Origin: a virus
Lineage: Duplodnaviria > Caudoviricetes
Length of the DNA: 45,455 nt
Strand: one strand, 5' to 3'
Virus record (IMG/VR): IMGVR_UViG_3300020181_000321
Location: 1 to 45,455 of that record
Shown: in pieces, positions 8,950-18,301 of the stretch
How the letters are laid out: each line of letters starts with the position of its first letter
Numbering within the stretch: the first letter of the stretch is position 1
Made by a program: the position numbers and the translations under genes
The notes under the pieces: generated by a model
Told to the model about the DNA's origin: nothing
What the model saw: the letters and a program-made list of their open reading frames with translations, nothing else
Databases searched by the model: none

Positions 8950-9540
8950 GTGGCGGAGATCGAGGACACCAGCTGCACCATGGCGGAGGACCCGCACGCC
9001 TACGCCCGCATCCTGTCGGGCGACGGCGGCCGGTTCGTGCGGGAGATGGAGGCGGAGGGGCAGCGGCAGCTCGTCGCGTCGACCCTCATCCCGGCGGAGC
9101 TGATCGGCGGCACCGAGGAGGACCTGCGCGCGCTGGGCATCGAGCCGGGCGAGCCGGACCCCGCGGACCCGCTGTTCCGGACCGCGACCCTGCCGCAGGG
9201 CTGGAGCCGGCAGACCAGCGACCACACGATGTGGTCGTACATCGTGGACCAGCACGGCCGACGCCGCGCCGCCGTGTTCTACAAGGCGGCGTTCTACGAC
9301 CGCCGCGCGCACCTGCGCATCCACCAGGTCGCGAGCTACGCCGGCGACCTGGTGTACGGCGAGGGCACGCCGCTGGTGCTGGACGACTGGGCGACCGCCG
9401 AGCGCCTCGTCCCGGAGCTGCAGGAGATCCGCGCGCTGCTCCTCCGTGCCCTCCCCTACACCCAGGACCAGGACCGCGAGGACCGCCGCCGGTTGTCCAC
9501 GTGCGACAGGCTGCTGGCCGAGCTGGCGGGTGGTGCGTGA
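8950..9540 (+). CDS. Hypothetical phage protein
   Basis: LPQGW..DHTMWS..FYKAAFYDR motif. Confidence 0.75.
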   Translation: MAEIEDTSCTMAEDPHAYARILSGDGGRFVREMEAEGQRQLVASTLIPAELIGGTEEDLRALGIEPGEPDPADPLFRTATLPQGWSRQTSDHTMWSYIVDQHGRRRAAVFYKAAFYDRRAHLRIHQVASYAGDLVYGEGTPLVLDDWATAERLVPELQEIRALLLRALPYTQDQDREDRRRLSTCDRLLAELAGGA

Positions 9541-9821
9541 TGGCCACCGGACCCGAGCACTACCGCGAGGCCGAAAAGCTGCTGGCCTCCGCCGACGCCA
9601 ACACGGCCGAGAAAGCCTACGTCAGCATCCCTCTCGATGAGCCGCCGTCGGCGCTGCTGGTCGCCGCCCAGGTGCACGCGACGCTGGCCCTGGCCGCCGC
9701 GACCGCGATGGGCGCGGAACTGCCCGCGCCGGACCTGGGCCAGTGGACCGCCGTCGCCGGCGCACCGCCGCGCAGTCTCGGCAAACCGCGCGTGGTGTTG
9801 CCTCGCAAGGACCTGCGATGA
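9540..9821 (+). CDS. Hypothetical phage protein
   Basis: TGPEHYREAE..AQVHATLALAAA; TGATG coupling. Confidence 0.75.
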   Translation: MATGPEHYREAEKLLASADANTAEKAYVSIPLDEPPSALLVAAQVHATLALAAATAMGAELPAPDLGQWTAVAGAPPRSLGKPRVVLPRKDLR

Positions 9822-10234
9822 GCGCCCGCACCGAGCAGCCCGGTGCCATCCCGGCCCGCTCGTGGAAGGACGCCCACGGCAGCGAGGTCGAGCTAACTCT
9901 CGCCGGCGGCGGCTCACCCGGTGAGACCGCCGTGGTGCTGCACGTCTCCTCGCCCGCCATCGCGCTGACCAGCACGCAGTTGCGCGAGATCGTCGCGGAC
10001 GCCTTGGAGCGCGCCGAGGCCCTGGACCGGGTCCCCGGCCGGTACCGCCGGAACCCGGCCTGGCACATCCGGCAGGGCGAGCTGCAGCTCGCCAAGGCGG
10101 ACGAGGAGCCCGCCCCCGAGTGGGCCTCCGCTCGCGCCGCCCTGGCTGCCGCGCACTTCCAGGCCGCCTTGGCACAGCAGTCCCGCACGACCGTCCACAT
10201 CACCCACCACCAGTCCGGAGAGGACAGCGAGTGA
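9818..10234 (+). CDS. Hypothetical protein
   Basis: Coupled ORF with good codon usage. Confidence 0.65.
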   Translation: MSARTEQPGAIPARSWKDAHGSEVELTLAGGGSPGETAVVLHVSSPAIALTSTQLREIVADALERAEALDRVPGRYRRNPAWHIRQGELQLAKADEEPAPEWASARAALAAAHFQAALAQQSRTTVHITHHQSGEDSE

Positions 10235-10572
10235 CCAGCACGAACAACGACGAGGCGCCGCAGCAGGAGTTCGCGGCGCTGCTCGTCCAGATCGACAAGG
10301 GCCGCGTCCACGAGACCGCCAGCGACAAGCTGAGCGACCTGATCAAGGCCGTCCGCACCACCGGCAAGGGCGGCTCGCTCACCCTGAAGTTCGACATCAA
10401 GCCGGACAAGGGCAGCGACGGCGAGCGCGTGGTCATCAGCGGCGCCGTGGTCGCCAAGACCCCCGCGTTCGACCCCAAGACGTCGATCTTCTTCGTCGAC
10501 GACGACGGCGGCCTGCACCGCTCCGACCCCCGCCAGACCAGCCTGTTCGGACAGGAGTCCACCACCCGATGA
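10231..10572 (+). CDS. Conserved phage protein, usual partner of DUF2303
   Basis: V..TGKGGSLTL..FFVDDDG.L.R.DPRQ. Confidence 0.8.
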   Translation: MTSTNNDEAPQQEFAALLVQIDKGRVHETASDKLSDLIKAVRTTGKGGSLTLKFDIKPDKGSDGERVVISGAVVAKTPAFDPKTSIFFVDDDGGLHRSDPRQTSLFGQESTTR

Positions 10573-11459
10573 GCGACACCACCACCGAGCTGCCCGCGGC
10601 CGTCACCGTGCCCGCGGACTACCTGGGCCAGCTCGACGAGCACACCCGCAAGGTCGAAATCGAGCCGGCCAACGTCGACCCGAACGCGCCGGTCGTGGTC
10701 GAGCGGCTGCGCCAGGACGAGCGCTTGGTCGTGCACTCCCTGGAGGAGCACCTGGACGCGCCGCTGCGCCAGCGCGGCGAGGTGGTCGTGCACGACCCGA
10801 CCGACTTCGCCCAGCTGGTCAACCGGCTCGCCGACGCCCACCGCAGCATGGTGTACGCCGACGTCGACAGCAGCCGGATCGTCGCCGTGTTCGACGACCA
10901 CGGCCAGGACGGGCTCACCGGATGGCGGCAGCACCGCGCCACCCTCACGCTCAAGGCCGACGCCGACTGGGAGCTGTGGACCTCCCACAACAACCGGCTG
11001 ATGCGCCAGGACGCGTTCGCGACCCTGCTCGAAGACGTCGCCCACACCGTCGTCACGCCCGACGCGGCGACCATGCTGGAGGTCGCGACCGGGTTCCGGG
11101 CCTCCCGACGGGCCGAGTTCAGCTCCGAGATCGACGTCCAGTCCGGCGACGTGAAGCTGGCGTACCAGGAGGTCACCGACGCGAAGGCCGGGCGCACCCG
11201 CTCCGGTGACGTCGAGATCCCCCGCGAGTTCACGATCCGGATCGCGCCTTGGCGGGGCGTGGACCCCGTCGAGGTCAAGGCGCGGCTGCGCTACGACGTC
11301 GACAAGGGCCAGTTGGGCATCGGCTTCTCCCTGCTGCGCGCGGACCGGGCGCGCGACGATGCGTTCGCGACGCTGATCAACCGCATCCGCGAGGAGCTGG
11401 ACGAGGCCGTGCCGCTGCTCAAGGGCGTCGCTCCGGCCGCGCTGCGCGCCTCCGCCTGA
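10569..11459 (+). CDS. DUF2303 (YfdQ-like) family protein
   Basis: VAVFDDH..GWRQHRA, Q..FA..LED, IP.EF.I.I.P..G, ARLRY motifs. Confidence 0.85.
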   Translation: MSDTTTELPAAVTVPADYLGQLDEHTRKVEIEPANVDPNAPVVVERLRQDERLVVHSLEEHLDAPLRQRGEVVVHDPTDFAQLVNRLADAHRSMVYADVDSSRIVAVFDDHGQDGLTGWRQHRATLTLKADADWELWTSHNNRLMRQDAFATLLEDVAHTVVTPDAATMLEVATGFRASRRAEFSSEIDVQSGDVKLAYQEVTDAKAGRTRSGDVEIPREFTIRIAPWRGVDPVEVKARLRYDVDKGQLGIGFSLLRADRARDDAFATLINRIREELDEAVPLLKGVAPAALRASA

Positions 11460-11471
11460 CCCTTTCCCCTG

Positions 11472-11508
11472 GGTGGTCCGCGCCCACTTCCCCTGGGCGC
11501 GGACCACC
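11472..11508 (+). terminator. 15-bp stem hairpin
   Basis: GGTGGTCCGCGCCCA-CTTCCCC-TGGGCGCGGACCACC. Confidence 0.6.
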
Positions 11509-11581
11509 GCCCCCCGCCCGCGCTCACCGCACCCCACCGCGCCCGCCGATTCCCCATCCCCATCACCACCTGGAGGCCGCC

Positions 11582-11932
11582 GTGGACGCACCACGCACCA
11601 CCCTCTCGCCCACCGGCGACCCGCGCATGGATCAGCTGCTGCCGCTGGCCGAGCGCGCGATCCAGGCCGCCCACCGCCAGGACCGGCTGGGCATCGGCAC
11701 CGCCGTGGCCGACGCCGCCGACCTCTACGACGGCGACGAGCCGGCCGCGCTGCGCGCCCTGGTCGTGCTGCTGGCCGGCGCCTGCCCCGACGACGAGCCC
11801 GTGGCCGACCTGCTGCTGTGGCGCCGCAACCCCACCGAGTACGCCCGGCTGCGCGCCCGCGGGTTCACCGCGACCGAGGCCCGCGAACTCGTCGGCCGCC
11901 TCATGACCAACATCCGGGTGGCGTCGGCCTGA
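11582..11932 (+). CDS. Hypothetical protein
   Basis: GGAGG RBS; TGATG coupling to rep. Confidence 0.65.
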   Translation: MDAPRTTLSPTGDPRMDQLLPLAERAIQAAHRQDRLGIGTAVADAADLYDGDEPAALRALVVLLAGACPDDEPVADLLLWRRNPTEYARLRARGFTATEARELVGRLMTNIRVASA

Positions 11933-12780
11933 TGACGCTGCACCTGGTGCCCGCGCTGCCCGAGGAGCCGGACCGCTACGCCTGCGGCCGGTTCGAGTGG
12001 GAGCGCATCGTCCGCCGCATCCGGATGCCCAAGCCGGTCAAGCTGCTGGCGTTCGTGCTGTCGACGTACGCCGACGCGGACGGTTCCCGTGTGCGGCCCG
12101 GCCAGGACGCCCTGGCGGCCGTCACCGACGACACCGACCGCAACGTCCGCCGCCTGCTGAAGGTCCTCAAGGACGACCTGCGGCTGATCGAGCAGACCTC
12201 CCGCGGTGGCGGCCGGGGCGGCTCGAAGCGCACCACCGTGTACCGGCTGACGCTGCCGACCGACCTCCTGGACCGGGTCGAGCTGCTCTCGCCGGTGGAC
12301 GAACCCACCGATTCACCGGACGCCCAGATGTCCGGTCAAACCAGCCCACAGCCTGTGGACAACCCGGTTTCACCGGACACCCAGACATCCGGTCAATCCC
12401 CGTCCCCTGTGGACACCACCACGAACCCACCGGACATCCAGATGTCCCCTGAAAACGACTTTCACCGGACATCTAACAGCGTTACAGAACCATTGACCGG
12501 ACATCCGGAGCCGATTGACCGGACACCTGGATGTCCGACTACCACCCACGTACCAACCACTAAAGACCAACCACCTCCCGCACTACCGACGCAACCACCG
12601 GTAGCGCGCGAGCCGCGAAACGATCACGAGCCCCCGCCGGCCGAAGACGTCCAACCCGCACCGCCGCCGCCCCGCTGCGACCACGGCCTCGTCATCCGCC
12701 AGCGCTCCGACGGCAGCCCCGCGTGCGCCTTCTGCCGCCGCACCAAGCCCGCACCATCTCCCGAGGACCCACCGCCATGA
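11932..12780 (+). CDS. Replication initiator (lambda O-like, N-terminal HTH, internal origin)
   Basis: KLLAFVLSTYADADG..RPG...LA..T...RNVRR.L HTH; internal iterons; C-terminal CDHG/CAFC. Confidence 0.8.
   Translation: MTLHLVPALPEEPDRYACGRFEWERIVRRIRMPKPVKLLAFVLSTYADADGSRVRPGQDALAAVTDDTDRNVRRLLKVLKDDLRLIEQTSRGGGRGGSKRTTVYRLTLPTDLLDRVELLSPVDEPTDSPDAQMSGQTSPQPVDNPVSPDTQTSGQSPSPVDTTTNPPDIQMSPENDFHRTSNSVTEPLTGHPEPIDRTPGCPTTTHVPTTKDQPPPALPTQPPVAREPRNDHEPPPAEDVQPAPPPPRCDHGLVIRQRSDGSPACAFCRRTKPAPSPEDPPP
12314..12538. repeat. Iteron array and DnaA boxes (phage ori)
   Basis: CACCGGAC-N-GTCCGGTCAA-like units at 12314, 12371, 12428 and partial copies at 12463, 12492, 12514; TGTGGACAA at 12354-12362. 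Confidence 0.82.
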
Positions 12781-13061
12781 CCACCCGCCACGGCCGCCGC
12801 AAGACCGGCGGCAGCGGCCCCGGCCTGTTCCGCTGGGGCCCCCACGGCACCGAGCAGCCCGACGAAGTCCGCGACAACCCCCTCGTCCGCGCCTGCCCCT
12901 GGTGCCACGCCGCCATCGGCGAGTCCTGCCGCACCCGCACCCGCCGAGGCTGGACCACCTGCCCACCCCACGACGCCCGCAAGACCACCAAGCCAGCCGA
13001 TCAAGAACCACCCGCACCACCGCCCCAGACCGCCGCACAGCCCCGAACGGACACCCGATGA
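12777..13061 (+). CDS. Small Zn-finger protein
   Basis: ACPWCHA..GESC....H..R motif. Confidence 0.7.
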   Translation: MTTRHGRRKTGGSGPGLFRWGPHGTEQPDEVRDNPLVRACPWCHAAIGESCRTRTRRGWTTCPPHDARKTTKPADQEPPAPPPQTAAQPRTDTR

Positions 13062-13489
13062 CCAGCGAGACACCCCAGACAGCCGAAAACGATCACAACG
13101 GCCTGCACACCATCACCACCGCCTGGCACCCCGACGCCATCCACGACGCCACCACCCGCCTCCGCGCCGTCATCCACGCCGGAGCCGCCAACCCCGACCA
13201 CACCCACCACCTACACGGCCACCCCCTCACCTGGACCGACCTCGCCGTCCTCAACAGCCTCGCCACCCTCGCCCACACCCAGGCCGACCAGATCCACCAA
13301 CTCCACGCCGAAATCGCACAGCTCAACAGCCACCCCTGGTGCACCAGCCAGCACGACCACCACGGCTGCGCGCTCCTCCGCGGTCACAACGACGACCACA
13401 CCAACGGCACCACCTCCTGGCCCAACCACACCCACACCGACCACCTCGCAGGCGACCTACACGACGACCAAGAGGCCAACCGTGGCTGA
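13058..13489 (+). CDS. His-rich hypothetical protein
   Basis: C.L..GH..DH motif; ATGA coupling. Confidence 0.6.
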   Translation: MTSETPQTAENDHNGLHTITTAWHPDAIHDATTRLRAVIHAGAANPDHTHHLHGHPLTWTDLAVLNSLATLAHTQADQIHQLHAEIAQLNSHPWCTSQHDHHGCALLRGHNDDHTNGTTSWPNHTHTDHLAGDLHDDQEANRG

Positions 13490-13793
13490 CCATCAGCACA
13501 GCGACCGGTCGCCCGCGGACCTCGCGCGCGTGGAGGCCCGCGGCGACGGCTCGGCCGTGCGCGTCCAGGACGACCTGGTGCTGCTCCGGATCGAGATCGA
13601 CACCACCGCGTGGGATCTCGCGCTCGCCCGCCTGGTCGCCGCCGTCGACCAGCTCGACGCCGCGCTCGACGGCGCCCCACCGCCGGCCGACCCGCGCGCC
13701 CGCGCCCTCTGGGCCCGCCGGCACCGCGGCACCGGTCCCCGACCCGCCCGCCAGCGCGCACCCCGCATCCTCACGCCTCGGAGGACCCGTTGA
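13482..13793 (+). CDS. Hypothetical protein
   Basis: Coupled ORF. Confidence 0.55.
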   Translation: MADHQHSDRSPADLARVEARGDGSAVRVQDDLVLLRIEIDTTAWDLALARLVAAVDQLDAALDGAPPPADPRARALWARRHRGTGPRPARQRAPRILTPRRTR

Positions 13794-14218
13794 CCATCTC
13801 GCCTCACGACGCCGTCGACCAGGACACCGTCGACCGCCTCCGCCGCAGGGCCCGCGAAATCCTGCTCAGCTCGTACTCGCTCGCCCGGCTCGACCAGCTG
13901 CTCGCCGCCGGCCACCTGAAGTACGCCGAGGAGTGCCTGCACCACGTCGAGCTGGAGCTGCGCGACGACCTCCGGGCCGTCGCCGCCCAGGTCCGCCGTT
14001 ACCGCCGTGACGGCTGCCTGCACCTGCCGGTCGACCACCACCGCCTGTCGCCGTACGGCCGGGCCCGGCTGGACCGCGCGCTGGCCGCGACCGGGCACGT
14101 GCTGCTGCGCGACGGCCGCATCGTCCACCGCACGACCGTCCGACCGCCGCACCTGGCCGTCGACGGGCACGCCTACCGCAACCGCACCCGCCGCCGCACC
14201 AGGAAGACCAGCCGATGA
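13790..14218 (+). CDS. Hypothetical protein
   Basis: TTG start after GGAGG; coupled. Confidence 0.55.
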   Translation: MTISPHDAVDQDTVDRLRRRAREILLSSYSLARLDQLLAAGHLKYAEECLHHVELELRDDLRAVAAQVRRYRRDGCLHLPVDHHRLSPYGRARLDRALAATGHVLLRDGRIVHRTTVRPPHLAVDGHAYRNRTRRRTRKTSR

Positions 14219-14490
14219 CCACGCCCGACCCCAACCCCACCAACAACATCGCCTGCGCGCGGGCCCGCGCCGAGCTGGTCTCCGACAAGATCCAGCAGGA
14301 GCAGATGACCCCGGCCCAGATCGGGTACGTCGCCGTGTGGCTGGCGCTCATGGAGGCCGCGAACCAGCTCCGCTGCGCGGCGCGACACCGGCTCACGCCC
14401 GAGCAGCTCGTCGAAGTCGCGGACCGGCTCGACGCCCTCAAGGAGGACGTCGTGCTGCTCGGCGACGCCCAGACCGGGGGGCACCCGTGA
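14215..14490 (+). CDS. Hypothetical protein
   Basis: Coupled ORF. Confidence 0.6.
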   Translation: MTTPDPNPTNNIACARARAELVSDKIQQEQMTPAQIGYVAVWLALMEAANQLRCAARHRLTPEQLVEVADRLDALKEDVVLLGDAQTGGHP

Positions 14491-14930
14491 CTGACACCGG
14501 CGCACGTCTGCAGCGCATCCCCGCACTGACCATCCGCCGCCCTTGGGCCCAGCTCGTCATCGCCGGCATCAAGCCCGTCGAGAACCGCTCCTGGACCACC
14601 GCGTACCGCGGGCCGTTCATCGTCCACGCCGGACAGCGCTGGGAGCCCGGCGCGCTCACCCTCGCCCTGGACCACGACCTGGACGTCACCGAGTGGCCCG
14701 GCGACTACCCGTCCGGCTACCTCGGCGTGACCAACCTGAACGGCATTCACCAGGACGACGCTTGCGCAGCGGCCTGCTCGCCGTGGTGTTTCCGCAGCCA
14801 GAAGCACTGGGACGTCCGCGAGTCCAGGGCCTTCGCCGAGCCCATCCCCGGCCTCGGCCAGCAGGGCTGGTTCACCCCGCCCGAGCACGTCCAGGACGCC
14901 GCCCGCGCCCTGCTGGCGGTGGCCTCGTGA
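14487..14930 (+). CDS. ASCH domain protein
   Basis: ALTIRRPWAQLVIAGIKPVENRSW...YRG...HAG and G.QG.F signature. Confidence 0.9.
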   Translation: MTDTGARLQRIPALTIRRPWAQLVIAGIKPVENRSWTTAYRGPFIVHAGQRWEPGALTLALDHDLDVTEWPGDYPSGYLGVTNLNGIHQDDACAAACSPWCFRSQKHWDVRESRAFAEPIPGLGQQGWFTPPEHVQDAARALLAVAS

Positions 14931-15643
14931 GCCTCCGCACCCTGCCCGCGCTCCTGGCCGCCATCGAGGAGGCCACTGCGCCGCTGCCCGAGCTGCCGCC
15001 CGCGCGGATCCTGTGCGCCCGGCCCGGCTGCCTCGTGCCCGTCGTGACCGCGATCAGCCCCTACTGCACCCCCGAGTGCGCCCGCCGCGTCGCCAGCTGG
15101 GTCCGCGGCACCTCCACCACCCCGCTCTGGGACCCACAGCTCACCCCCGCCGAGCAGGCCCTGCGCACCCACCTGGTGGTCGCCGCTGCCCGGCGCCGCC
15201 AGCGCGCCCTGGCCGACGTCCGCCACGCCGACGAGCAGCCCAGCGAACTCCTCGGCGCCCGGCTCGGCCCGGTGGCCTACCTGGACGAGGCGTTCCCCGA
15301 CCGCCCCCAGGACGCCCGCGTCGTCCCCGTCGACCAGCTCAACCCGGATGGGGACAGCGACTGGCCGTGGGGCCGGGTCGGCTGCGACCCGGTGCCCGTC
15401 GACCACCGCGCCGACGCCATCACCTACGCCCGCCTCACCGAGCAGGCACCCGGCGCGGCCTGGATGGTCGGCACCGCCGCGCGCGGCCCGGAGGACGGCC
15501 AGCAGGCGTTCACCCACCAGCCCGCCGACGACGACCCGGTCCTCACCGGACGCTGGGACGAAGCCGCCAACGGCCCCACCGCGGCCAAGCCCCGGCCCCG
15601 CCCGCGGCCGCCGTGGTGGAGGAGGTGGCGCCACCGTGGCTAG
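14927..15643 (+). CDS. Hypothetical protein
   Basis: CARPGC..YCTPEC; coupled. Confidence 0.55.
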   Translation: MSLRTLPALLAAIEEATAPLPELPPARILCARPGCLVPVVTAISPYCTPECARRVASWVRGTSTTPLWDPQLTPAEQALRTHLVVAAARRRQRALADVRHADEQPSELLGARLGPVAYLDEAFPDRPQDARVVPVDQLNPDGDSDWPWGRVGCDPVPVDHRADAITYARLTEQAPGAAWMVGTAARGPEDGQQAFTHQPADDDPVLTGRWDEAANGPTAAKPRPRPRPPWWRRWRHRG

Positions 15644-16187
15644 CTCGGTCCGAGCGCTCCAGCTCGACCTGTTCGACACGATCGTGTCCCCCGAGACGCA
15701 GCGCCGGATCGACGCGCTCACCTGCCTACGCGACGCGGTGTCGGACGCCTTGGAGGTCGTCGTGGCCCTGCACCGCACCCAGGACGACGACACCCGCTCG
15801 CCGCGCCAGGCCGGGGACTGGGCGTTCTGCGTAAGCCGCGCGGGCTTCCGGTTCGAGCACGTGGACGAATGGTGGGCCGGCGCAATGCGCCGGGGCGAGT
15901 CGTACGGCTTCGCCCGCACCCCGCGCCGCCTGGTCCCCTGGGACGAGCTGGCCGAGTGGATCGGCAACGACCCCCGCCGCGCCGAGGTCGCCGCCTGGAC
16001 GGACAGCCTGCCCGAGCCGCGCTGGCGACTACTCGCTCGGCCGCACGAGCTGTGGCCCGACTCGGAAAGCTGGAACCTCCGCTACTTCTGCCGCGACCAC
16101 GTCGACCTGCACTGGCCCAGCCGACGACGCGCCTGGGACCTCGTGCTCGCCCTGCTCGGCGACGCGATCAACCAGGCCGGGCCGTGA
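15636..16187 (+). CDS. Hypothetical protein
   Basis: Trp-rich; GGAGG RBS; N-terminal QLDLF clamp-binding-like motif. Confidence 0.65.
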   Translation: MASSVRALQLDLFDTIVSPETQRRIDALTCLRDAVSDALEVVVALHRTQDDDTRSPRQAGDWAFCVSRAGFRFEHVDEWWAGAMRRGESYGFARTPRRLVPWDELAEWIGNDPRRAEVAAWTDSLPEPRWRLLARPHELWPDSESWNLRYFCRDHVDLHWPSRRRAWDLVLALLGDAINQAGP

Positions 16188-16573
16188 CCCCCGACGACGC
16201 CACCTGGGTCCGCGCGCACGCGTGGCCCGGGTGGCTCCACACCCAGTGGCGGCACAACCCGGACCACGTCACCACCTGCGGCTGCCAGTGGGGGCCCACC
16301 GGCCACTGTGGACGCAGCCGGCACGCCGAATGCTGGTTCGCCACCGGCCGGCCCGGCGCTGATCACGGCCCCTCGGCCGTGGTCGAGACCTGGATCGCCA
16401 CCTCCCGCGGTGAGGTGGCGGGCGTGCCCGGCGTGACCGGCCGGGTGTGGCTGGCCGACCGGGTGTGCCGCTGGCGCTGCCCCTGCACCTGCCACGACCC
16501 GGCACTCGAACGGCGGCCTGGTGCTGCTGTTCAGCTCGACCTGTTCAACCTCAGCACGATGGAGCGACGATGA
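16184..16573 (+). CDS. Cys-rich hypothetical actinophage protein
   Basis: CGCQWG, CRWRCPCTCH, C-terminal QLDLF. Confidence 0.7.
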   Translation: MTPDDATWVRAHAWPGWLHTQWRHNPDHVTTCGCQWGPTGHCGRSRHAECWFATGRPGADHGPSAVVETWIATSRGEVAGVPGVTGRVWLADRVCRWRCPCTCHDPALERRPGAAVQLDLFNLSTMERR

Positions 16574-17238
16574 CCACGGCCGACTGCCGGACCTGCGGCG
16601 GCGAGATGTCGCCGCTGCGCTACGCCTGCGAGCGTTGCGTCCGCGCCACCCGCGAGCGCCTGGACGAACTCCAGGAACACGTGGTGGTGCTGGAGGCCAC
16701 GATGACCCCGGCCGGCCGGGCGCTGGAGCCCAGCCCGCGGCGGCCGGGCTACGGCTCCCGGCCGCCGGTGTCGCTGGACGTGCTGGCCGCGCTGGACTAC
16801 CGGTCGCACGCCACCGGCACGGGCCCGGACGACGACCCGGACGAAAGCACGCTGTCGGTGCTGGGCTCGCTGCACCGCATCGCCCTGTACGTCTCCCAGC
16901 AGCGCTACCGGGACGGTGTGGACGGCTGGCCGGTGCCCCGGCCGGTCACGGTCACCACGCTGACCCGGTGGCTGCGGCTGCACTCCGAGTGGTGCGCCCA
17001 CCAGCTGTGGGCCGCCTCCTACGTGGAGGTGATCCGCACCCTGCACGCACAACTGCGGCGACAAGCCCACGACGCGCCGGAAAGATCACTGGGAGTGTGC
17101 ATCGAGCCCGGCTGCGGGGGCACCGTATGGCCCGACCGCGACGGCGACGGCGGGCGCTGCGCCCACGACCCCGCCCACCTCTACACCGGGCTGCACCTGG
17201 CCCGACTCGCCTACCCACCGCTGGAGGACGCACAGTGA
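16570..17238 (+). CDS. Zn-finger protein, putative late-gene regulator component
   Basis: CRTC..CERC, SRPP..LD, G.C..PGCGG motifs, typical near the end of actinophage early regions. Confidence 0.6.
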   Translation: MTTADCRTCGGEMSPLRYACERCVRATRERLDELQEHVVVLEATMTPAGRALEPSPRRPGYGSRPPVSLDVLAALDYRSHATGTGPDDDPDESTLSVLGSLHRIALYVSQQRYRDGVDGWPVPRPVTVTTLTRWLRLHSEWCAHQLWAASYVEVIRTLHAQLRRQAHDAPERSLGVCIEPGCGGTVWPDRDGDGGRCAHDPAHLYTGLHLARLAYPPLEDAQ

Positions 17239-17606
17239 CCGAGCCCGTGCCGGAGACCCGTTGGGAGCCCGACTACACGCTGCAGGCCCCTGAAGGGCAC
17301 ACGTGGATGCGGCAGGCCCCCGAGGACTGCCCGCGCTGCGGGTGCTGCACGAAGACCTTGTGCGACACGGCCACCGAGCGGGGTCTCGCGTGCTCCTGGT
17401 ACGTCGACAAGGAGCCCGGCACGGCGGACGTGTCGGACTGCCCGTGCGGGCGCGCCGCAGAGGAACTCGGATTCGCCCGCTACTACGTGACCAAGGCGAC
17501 CCCGGAGCAGCGCGCCCGGTTCGAGCAGCGGCACGACCCGGACAAGGTCGCCCGGGTCAAGGCGCTGGTCGACACCCTCGACGAGCACGGCCGGCCCCGC
17601 GCGTAG
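17235..17606 (+). CDS. Cys-rich hypothetical protein
   Basis: CPRCGCCTKTLC..CPC. Confidence 0.65.
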   Translation: MTEPVPETRWEPDYTLQAPEGHTWMRQAPEDCPRCGCCTKTLCDTATERGLACSWYVDKEPGTADVSDCPCGRAAEELGFARYYVTKATPEQRARFEQRHDPDKVARVKALVDTLDEHGRPRA

Positions 17607-17621
17607 AGCCGGATGCTCCCT

Positions 17622-17669
17622 CCGGCGCGACGACGCCTCCCGGTTCGGGCTGGGGCGTCGTCGCGCCGG
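17622..17669 (+). terminator. Long hairpin
   Basis: CCGGCGCGACGACGCC...GGCGTCGTCGCGCCGG. Confidence 0.6.
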
Positions 17670-17706
17670 CTACGATCGACCCCCCTTCGAGCAGGAAGTG
17701 AGACCG

Positions 17707-18141
17707 ATGAACAGCTGGGTGATCGTCCGGCGCGGGACCGGGCACGCGCCGGACGAGCCGATCGCGGTCCTGGACGCCGAGCACCAGGCCGCCGCCGAGC
17801 AGCTGCGCGACCAGCTCGGCGAGGGCCACTACGTGTACCCGGTGCCGGTGGTCGAGCCCGGCCGGGTGCGGGTCGTGGCCACCTGGATGTGCCGGGTGCG
17901 GGTGGTGGACGGGGCCGCGCCGGAGGTCGGCGAGCCGCAGCAGCTGGCGGGCGCGGTCGCCCTGGTGCCGGTGGACGAGCGCCCGCCGTGGGCGGAGCGC
18001 GTCGTCCCGGACGTGGAGGCGGAGCGGCTGGACGCGATGCTGGAGGGTCCGCGCACCCGGTACGCGACGGCGTACGGCTACACCCCGGAGGGTGCCCGCG
18101 CGCTGGCGCGGGCGGAGGCCCAGCGGCTGGCCGGCGGGTAG
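17707..18141 (+). CDS. Hypothetical protein
   Basis: Open frame with good codon usage. Confidence 0.65.
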   Translation: MNSWVIVRRGTGHAPDEPIAVLDAEHQAAAEQLRDQLGEGHYVYPVPVVEPGRVRVVATWMCRVRVVDGAAPEVGEPQQLAGAVALVPVDERPPWAERVVPDVEAERLDAMLEGPRTRYATAYGYTPEGARALARAEAQRLAGG

Positions 18142-18161
18142 GGCCGACCGACACCGAACCG

Positions 18162-18214
18162 TGACCCATGGGTCTCACTATCTACTTGCGATAGTGAGAC
18201 CCATGGGTCATAAT
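18162..18214 (+). promoter_or_regulatory. Sigma70-type promoter overlapped by a perfect 21-bp inverted repeat (double operator)
   Basis: TGACCCATGGGTCTCACTATC-7nt-GATAGTGAGACCCATGGGTCA; TTGCGA(18186)-17bp-CATAAT(18209). Confidence 0.8.
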
Positions 18215-18301
18215 ATTGATGTCCGAAACGGACAGCCCCGGGAAACCGGCGCTTGCACCGCCCCCCGGGGTTCAACTCAACAGTGGAAGGAATCCAAGTC
18301 C

